Source: a virus (Duplodnaviria > Caudoviricetes). From it: a stretch of 64,000 bases of DNA. The notes beneath the pieces are model-generated. The model saw only the letters and a program-made list of their open reading frames with translations, was not told where the DNA came from and ran no database searches. This document shows, piece after piece, positions 58,485 to 64,000 of this stretch. A program made the position numbers and the translations under genes. The DNA lies in IMG/VR virus record IMGVR_UViG_3300043446_001791, positions 2,137 through 66,136 of that record; one strand, 5' to 3'. How positions within the stretch are numbered: the stretch's first letter is position 1; each line of letters begins with the position of its first letter.

Positions 58485-59168
58485 TTAATCTGAAATTTCT
58501 TCATACTCTAACCCCATGCCTATTCCAAAACCAGCCTTTTGAGCATTTGCTCCTTGCAATGAAACAATATCGTTTGAGTCTTTGGCCTTGCCACGGCTAA
58601 ATACTCTAGCCTTCATATCTTCCCAGGCATTTGATTTATTTGTATTTTTATCTAAATCTACTCCCTGAATTGCTGCATAAAATTTTTTATCTGCATAATC
58701 TAATTCTCTTTTAATATTTAGCGTAGCAGTTAACTCTGGCATTGACATTGAAGTTTCTAATTCTTCATAATCTTTCCATATGCCAAGAAGAAATACCTCT
58801 GACTCTAACTTAACAATGTCTAGTTTTTCCCATGGAGATCCGCTATCTACAGCCTGATCTTTGACTTTTTCTTTTGAATCTTTATCTATTTTAATACCTG
58901 CAGCAATATCTAATATTTTATAAATTGTTGACAAGTCTATGCTATCTTCTAATTGTTCAATTGTTTTTATAGTAGGATAATATTGTTGCATTGTAATTAA
59001 AGCACATTTTGCTAATTCCCCAATTGCCTGGTCATCTCCCTTTGCCTTACCAACATTTTCAAACTGTTTCATAAATTGACGAAGATATTTTATTTTTAAT
59101 GGGGTTATATATATTTGCGTTCCATCAATTAAACTAATGTAATCGCTTTCATATATTTCCGTGGCCAT
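58485..59168 (-). CDS. Tail assembly chaperone, long (GT-like)
   Basis: N-terminal half paralogous to the short chaperone; C-terminal extension (LESEVFLLGIWKDYEELE...MPEL). Confidence 0.7.
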   Translation of the reverse strand: MATEIYESDYISLIDGTQIYITPLKIKYLRQFMKQFENVGKAKGDDQAIGELAKCALITMQQYYPTIKTIEQLEDSIDLSTIYKILDIAAGIKIDKDSKEKVKDQAVDSGSPWEKLDIVKLESEVFLLGIWKDYEELETSMSMPELTATLNIKRELDYADKKFYAAIQGVDLDKNTNKSNAWEDMKARVFSRGKAKDSNDIVSLQGANAQKAGFGIGMGLEYEEISD

Positions 59169-59182
59169 GTATTCATTATATC

Positions 59183-59216
59183 AAACAGAAAAGCCCAGAC
59201 TTTCAAGGGTCTGGGC
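59183..59216 (-). terminator. Rho-independent terminator after the major tail gene
   Basis: GCCCAGAC-loop-GTCTGGGC followed by TTTTCTGTTT. Confidence 0.85.
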
Positions 59217-59236
59217 CATCTGATTATTAAGTTGTA

Positions 59237-59869
59237 TTATGATGCTGGTGTTACAGTGCGATCAATGATCTTACCGTATGAGCCTGTTGTATCATCTGGA
59301 AGAAGACGGAATGAAACTTCAAACATTGTAGCCTCATCACGCTTTGCTGATACTGTTACATTTTCAATTGAAAGTGCACGGTATGCAACATAAATTCTTT
59401 CCTTGTTAGATCCCTCATCACAGTCACCAGTTCCTGGACCGACAGCAACCAAACCACGCTCTACTGGGCATTCGCCAAGATTACCTGATTTGATATTAAA
59501 TGTCTGGCCATTAGAAGAACTTGCGCTGCCCGAAAGATCACTAGGATCTCCCGCAACTGCAACAAGTAGATTTTCTAATGTGGATTCAGCAAAAGTAGTA
59601 TTGAGGTTTACTTGCATGCCTTGCTTAAACAACTTAGCAACGTCAAGAACCTGGTCAACCTGAACTTCACCGAAATCTGGCTGGAACTGTAGTTCCAAAC
59701 CATTCATAGTATATCCGACTGAACGGAAATCTGGTGTTTCACCATCCATGGTTACTGAATACTTTTCACCTGAAACAGGAGCGGGATTTCCGCCAACTGC
59801 TAAAGGAGCATCAGCAATCCATAACTGGGCTGCACCAACGATAATATTATTACTATTACCTAGAGCCAT
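59237..59869 (-). CDS. Major tail (tube) protein
   Basis: NIIVGAAQLW, VGYTMNGLEL, VDQ, FEVSFRLLPD; position and own terminator. Confidence 0.85.
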   Translation of the reverse strand: MALGNSNNIIVGAAQLWIADAPLAVGGNPAPVSGEKYSVTMDGETPDFRSVGYTMNGLELQFQPDFGEVQVDQVLDVAKLFKQGMQVNLNTTFAESTLENLLVAVAGDPSDLSGSASSSNGQTFNIKSGNLGECPVERGLVAVGPGTGDCDEGSNKERIYVAYRALSIENVTVSAKRDEATMFEVSFRLLPDDTTGSYGKIIDRTVTPAS

Positions 59870-59943
59870 ATTTATTTCACCTCTTTTTTTTCTATAGAAA
59901 TTAAAAGGCGTGTTTCCTCATTGATAAGTATACAGCCTTTTTA

Positions 59944-60477
59944 TTAATTTATTGAATCGATTATATCCTGCATTTGATGGTAGTCGTAGTCAATAATTAT
60001 CTTATTACCCGCATAGGTTCGGGCTGTTCCGAAGTCGACTATATCCCGTGCCTCTTCTAATTGGTATATCTTGAAGTTATGGAAGTAGAATTTGCAATCC
60101 ATGCCGTCAAAAGTCTTTCCCTTGGTCCAAGCATTGAGTTCTTTAGCACTTTCATCCCCACGATCTAAAAGTCTTAAAACAGATTCTTGTATTTTAAGCA
60201 TTTTAATTGTTGGCTGACTTGCCTGTGCATAAAAATAATATAATACCTGTTCACATTTAATATGTGGGAAAGGACCCCTACGCATTCTAAACATTCTGTC
60301 AAAAACACAAAATGCTCCGCCTCCGTCTGGAAATGTTTCTGTTAACTGATCTATTGTTGATGGTGATGTGGGGAAAAATGGAACAGGCTCTCCATCTAAC
60401 AAACCTATCAACTTTTCTTGTAAGTATTTATTAATCCATAACACTGGTGTATTTAATACTGATGTTGATTCTGTCAT
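59944..60477 (-). CDS. Putative tail terminator/completion protein
   Basis: Synteny: gene before the major tail protein. Confidence 0.5.
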   Translation of the reverse strand: MTESTSVLNTPVLWINKYLQEKLIGLLDGEPVPFFPTSPSTIDQLTETFPDGGGAFCVFDRMFRMRRGPFPHIKCEQVLYYFYAQASQPTIKMLKIQESVLRLLDRGDESAKELNAWTKGKTFDGMDCKFYFHNFKIYQLEEARDIVDFGTARTYAGNKIIIDYDYHQMQDIIDSIN

Positions 60478-61148
60478 CTTCCAACTCCTGCGTTTGCTAT
60501 CCAGCGATATCCTGTTTGATAGCCTTTAACCTTTCCGCTCTTTTTGCCAGCAGACAAATTCTTTTTATATGCAATTGGATTTTCTAAATATTTTGCCACT
60601 CCGCTTGCTCTTAAAAATGCTTGAGTAAAATATCTTTTAAAGAATGAATCAAAAGTTTTTTCAAAACTACCCTGAACTTCATTTCCTCCAGGATTAGAAA
60701 CCTCTACTGGTTGCTTAGTAAAAATTTCTTCTCCATTTATATCAAACATTAAAGCCTGTGCTCTTTTAGGAACTATTGTTACTGGAATTCCTTCTTCCAT
60801 AATTCTAGCCTTATCATAAAAAGGAACTCTAGATCCATTTTTAATTGATGTTGACTGTTTAAAAGTTGAATTAAAAGATAGTCCTAGATTACTAGAAGTG
60901 TAATGTATGTCATATAGTCTAGCATCTGGACTTCCAACTCTATTCCATTCATAAACGTGATGTAGCATGGCTGGATTTACTCTAGCATTTGAATCAATAT
61001 ATTCTTTCATTAACTCCACTGTTTCCATTCCTAGCATATTTAAGAATGCCTTTTTACCGCCTTGAACCCCATCTAAAAATCCTATTGAATAATCGATAAT
61101 ATTTTTCATATCTTTTTTAAACATTGTATTATTAAATTTAACTATCAT
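60474..61148 (-). CDS. Putative neck/tail completion protein
   Basis: Synteny. Confidence 0.5.
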   Translation of the reverse strand: MIVKFNNTMFKKDMKNIIDYSIGFLDGVQGGKKAFLNMLGMETVELMKEYIDSNARVNPAMLHHVYEWNRVGSPDARLYDIHYTSSNLGLSFNSTFKQSTSIKNGSRVPFYDKARIMEEGIPVTIVPKRAQALMFDINGEEIFTKQPVEVSNPGGNEVQGSFEKTFDSFFKRYFTQAFLRASGVAKYLENPIAYKKNLSAGKKSGKVKGYQTGYRWIANAGVGR

Positions 61149-61591
61149 ACATCAACCGCCTGGTTTTCAGATCTGCGAATAATTATTTTATAGTATTCAA
61201 TGTTACCAAATGGACCTACATATGGATCCTGAGTTGCTATTTCAAATATTGTTGATTTTCCTGCACGTGGTCCAGATGTTTCTTTATAAATTTCATTACA
61301 ATTTTTATCTTTGATATTAGTTATAATTACATTAGTTATAGAATTTTGTGCTTCCATGCTAGAAACTCTTACATCTGTTTTACAGCGACCAAGCAATAAT
61401 TTTTCTTGTGTAATATTAATATTTGGAACAACCTCTTCTTTAAAAGCAGTTCCTGCTGGTGCAAAAGAACAAGCAATTGTTCTATCTAAAATCCAAGTTT
61501 TTTTAACTTCTCCATATACGCCCTGTTCAACTATTGGATGGTATATATCTGCTTGCATAGGGAATGCGAAGTCTGGTTCTTCGCAAATCAT
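61145..61591 (-). CDS. Putative head closure (stopper) protein
   Basis: Synteny; YGEVKKTW motif. Confidence 0.55.
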   Translation of the reverse strand: MICEEPDFAFPMQADIYHPIVEQGVYGEVKKTWILDRTIACSFAPAGTAFKEEVVPNINITQEKLLLGRCKTDVRVSSMEAQNSITNVIITNIKDKNCNEIYKETSGPRAGKSTIFEIATQDPYVGPFGNIEYYKIIIRRSENQAVDV

Positions 61592-62511
61592 TATAGAACT
61601 CCTGGCTTAGTTATTGATTTAATATACTTTTCTAATATTTTATCTACAAGAAGATTTCCAGTTCCAGACATCATTCCTTTATCAAATTGAATTCTAAATT
61701 GATCTGTATTGTATGCTGAAATATATCTCTTATAATAATCTAACTTACCGCACTTAATGTCTTCAATTAACATCTTTGTTGCTACTTCAACGTCTGCTGG
61801 CACTGCACGATACCCAACATCTAAAATAAAAGTGTAGTCTGTTCCTTTAGGAAAATCTGTTGGAGCATATGCTACATACCCTAAATCTCCATGTGCTGTT
61901 GCAATCTTAGTTAAATTATTTTCAGTTCTATTTCTTTCTTCGTTTGCATATGCTTTTTCAATTCTGTAAATTGCTGAATTATCTAACAAAGGTTTAAATT
62001 CATAATCATAATCATCTGGATTTTCTATATCGTATACTAAAATATTATTTTCATAAACTTTTAATACTCTATTAAAATCATGCCAAATTGGGAAATAGTC
62101 TGCTCCATTACCGCTTGTATTCATAACTAACTTATGATTATAAAAACCATCTCCTACGTATGTATCTATAATTGATCTTGCAATAAGTTCATACATCTGA
62201 TATTCATTAATTTCGCTTGCGGTTGTTCCCATTTCTATTGGATTAACGTAAGGCCTTGTTATAGTTAAATTGCTTTCAACTAAAATATGTTCTTCTTCAC
62301 TATCATAAAATCTAATTAAAAAGTCTCTGTCAAATTGCACTTTTGTTAATGGCAATTCATAAACTATTTTACTATTTGCACCCGAAGTTAGGTTTGTTTT
62401 TTCTACTGAGTGATCCACCAAATCCTCAACATATACAACATATTCGTAATTAGCGATGGGAACATCCCACGTTGTTGTTAAAGGATAGGGTGGAACTCTC
62501 AATACTTCCAT
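61591..62511 (-). CDS. Putative head-tail adaptor
   Basis: ARSIIDTY...GYRAVPADVEVATKML...VDKILEKY pattern; synteny. Confidence 0.65.
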   Translation of the reverse strand: MEVLRVPPYPLTTTWDVPIANYEYVVYVEDLVDHSVEKTNLTSGANSKIVYELPLTKVQFDRDFLIRFYDSEEEHILVESNLTITRPYVNPIEMGTTASEINEYQMYELIARSIIDTYVGDGFYNHKLVMNTSGNGADYFPIWHDFNRVLKVYENNILVYDIENPDDYDYEFKPLLDNSAIYRIEKAYANEERNRTENNLTKIATAHGDLGYVAYAPTDFPKGTDYTFILDVGYRAVPADVEVATKMLIEDIKCGKLDYYKRYISAYNTDQFRIQFDKGMMSGTGNLLVDKILEKYIKSITKPGVL

Positions 62512-62513
62512 TA

Positions 62514-62993
62514 TTACTTACCAAATTCCTTCGCTACTTCTTCTGGAGTAGCAAGTCTAATATATTCTTTAGTTGTCCATTGATTTGCAGCATCTTTAGT
62601 TACAATATTATAACCACGATACACCTTGCCCAAACCTGGGATTGTTATATTTTTTGTAGAATATACAGCAACTTTTTCATTGGCAGGCTTATTGTTTTTT
62701 GGAGTTTCTGGTGTACGTCGTACTGAAGTTACTCCAATTGCACCATCCGCTACAGATCCAAGACCTTGGATTTCGGCAGAAGACTTTGCTAAATCATTTG
62801 TTGAAATAGCAGTTATTTCTGGCTCAGGAGCAGAAATTGTTGCCTCAATATTATGTTGTTCTGCAACTTCTGCAACATGTGTTTCTGGTACTACATGATT
62901 TTGTTCTACATTCTGAATTTCAGGCTGTTCATCAACTTGAATTTCATTTTGATCTTGAATTTGATATTCATTTATTTCATTATTTTCTTCCAT
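62514..62993 (-). CDS. Hypothetical acidic protein
   Basis: ORF track; AAGGAGG RBS and TGTTATAAT upstream. Confidence 0.6.
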   Translation of the reverse strand: MEENNEINEYQIQDQNEIQVDEQPEIQNVEQNHVVPETHVAEVAEQHNIEATISAPEPEITAISTNDLAKSSAEIQGLGSVADGAIGVTSVRRTPETPKNNKPANEKVAVYSTKNITIPGLGKVYRGYNIVTKDAANQWTTKEYIRLATPEEVAKEFGK

Positions 62994-63027
62994 TGTTAAC
63001 CTCCTTATGACTATTATAACAGAATAC

Positions 63028-63071
63028 TAAAAGATTAAGAGGGGGAGGAGATCTAGCCCCTGCCCCCTCTC
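63028..63071 (-). terminator. Probable rho-independent terminator after the capsid gene
   Basis: AGAGGGGG...CCCCCTCT stem followed by TAATCTTTT. Confidence 0.7.
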
Positions 63072-63090
63072 AAAGGTTACTGTTTACAGA

Positions 63091-64000
63091 TTATGAATCT
63101 GAAGCAGCGTCTGCCCATGTAATAGCGTCTTCTTCTTCCCATTGAATACCAAAACGGACGAAGACGGTATACTCAATTGTATCCTTCTTTGCCTTGTATT
63201 CACGGTTAACGACGATATCACGCTGGAAGCCCCATACACGATTCTGTGGGAATGTCAAATCGACATAACCATCTGGATAGTAAGGAACTTCTTGGACATC
63301 AATTCCGAGAACACGTGTTGTACGTGCTCCACCGAATGTCTGGCCGTTTCCATCAAGGTATGCTTGACGGTTTGCAGCAGTACCAGCAACACGATTACCC
63401 ATTGCTTCAGCAATTGCATCAGCAAGAGTACCATTATGCTTAACGATACCAGCAAATGTGTCTGTACCTACATAGAACTTGAGGTTATTCTTAAGAGCAC
63501 GATACTTACGTGGCATGCCTAGAATAATCTCTTGCATCTTTTCTGGTGTCCAAGCATTATCAGCAACAGTCAACGCAACTTCATGCGAATCTCCATTGTC
63601 CTTGTGCTTCTTGACGAATCCCTTCATAATTGAAAGGAAGTTTCCAGTTGAACCATCGCCATTAATAGCGAGGTCTTCAATGTCATTAGCGAATGCGTTT
63701 GTCATCAAGCGAACTAGATGATCTTCAAGCGCAGCCCCCTCAACATTGTCTTCGAGTGCTTCAGCAGTAACTTCCCAATCTAGACGAATCTTCTTGGTTG
63801 TAAGTTCAACTTTGCTGAATGTAGCACCAGTGTTAGTGTAGTCACCGACACCTTGAGCAGCAGAACGAATTACTCGTTCACCCACGTTAATCTTTTCGAG
63901 TTCCATGGTGTTTGCTCTCATTGTGACACGACGACCATCCTGGGCGAGAACTGTAGCGTCCCAAACGTAATCAATGAAACGCTGTGCCTGTTCAGGGCGT
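63091..64000 (-). CDS. Major capsid protein (HK97 fold), 3' part; start lies beyond the window
   Basis: Frame open to window end (RPEQAQRFIDYVWD...); EALEDN, DIEDLAINGD, VLGIDVQEVP. Confidence 0.85.
   Translation of the reverse strand, partial: RPEQAQRFIDYVWDATVLAQDGRRVTMRANTMELEKINVGERVIRSAAQGVGDYTNTGATFSKVELTTKKIRLDWEVTAEALEDNVEGAALEDHLVRLMTNAFANDIEDLAINGDGSTGNFLSIMKGFVKKHKDNGDSHEVALTVADNAWTPEKMQEIILGMPRKYRALKNNLKFYVGTDTFAGIVKHNGTLADAIAEAMGNRVAGTAANRQAYLDGNGQTFGGARTTRVLGIDVQEVPYYPDGYVDLTFPQNRVWGFQRDIVVNREYKAKKDTIEYTVFVRFGIQWEEEDAITWADAASDS

Noticed and set aside
58107-59168. Programmed frameshift joining the two chaperone ORFs
   Set aside because: The ORFs are separated by a stop and a 51-nt spacer with its own promoter and RBS, and the long one comes first; duplication explains them better.
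1-64000. tRNA, rRNA, integrase or transposase genes
   Set aside because: None recognised; intergenic gaps are short. A tRNA or covariance-model scan was not run, so small RNAs cannot be fully excluded.
1-64000. Stop-codon reassignment
   Set aside because: Core genes (dnaE, terL, tape measure) are full length under the standard code and gene packing is dense.

Overview
This window is a 64-kb segment of a large, AT-rich tailed dsDNA phage with essentially every real gene on the minus strand. WhiB, DnaE, RecA, a Cas4-like nuclease, leaderless-type promoters and secreted proteins of actinobacterial type point to an actinobacterial host; a freshwater one is my inference. Reading in the direction of transcription (right to left): partial major capsid, head-tail genes, major tail protein, two paralogous tail assembly chaperones, a 2649-aa tape measure protein and tail-tip genes. 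Next come replication/recombination genes (DnaB, primase, SSB, DnaE, RecA, Cas4-like, RuvC-like), terminase, secreted/surface proteins and a lysis cassette. The left ~18 kb is an accessory region rich in modification enzymes. Best candidate for a new system: a translationally coupled operon of two GT61-like glycosyltransferases, a sugar nucleotidyltransferase, a cupin, a RuBisCO-like protein (form IV, altered active site) and a phosphodiesterase-like protein. Also notable: the usual frameshift-derived G/GT chaperone pair appears as two separately expressed duplicated genes, a hairpin buries the whiB start codon, a surface protein probably starts at AUU, and an APS-kinase fusion has a degenerate paralog. 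All functional calls come from motif recognition by eye; no database searches were run.
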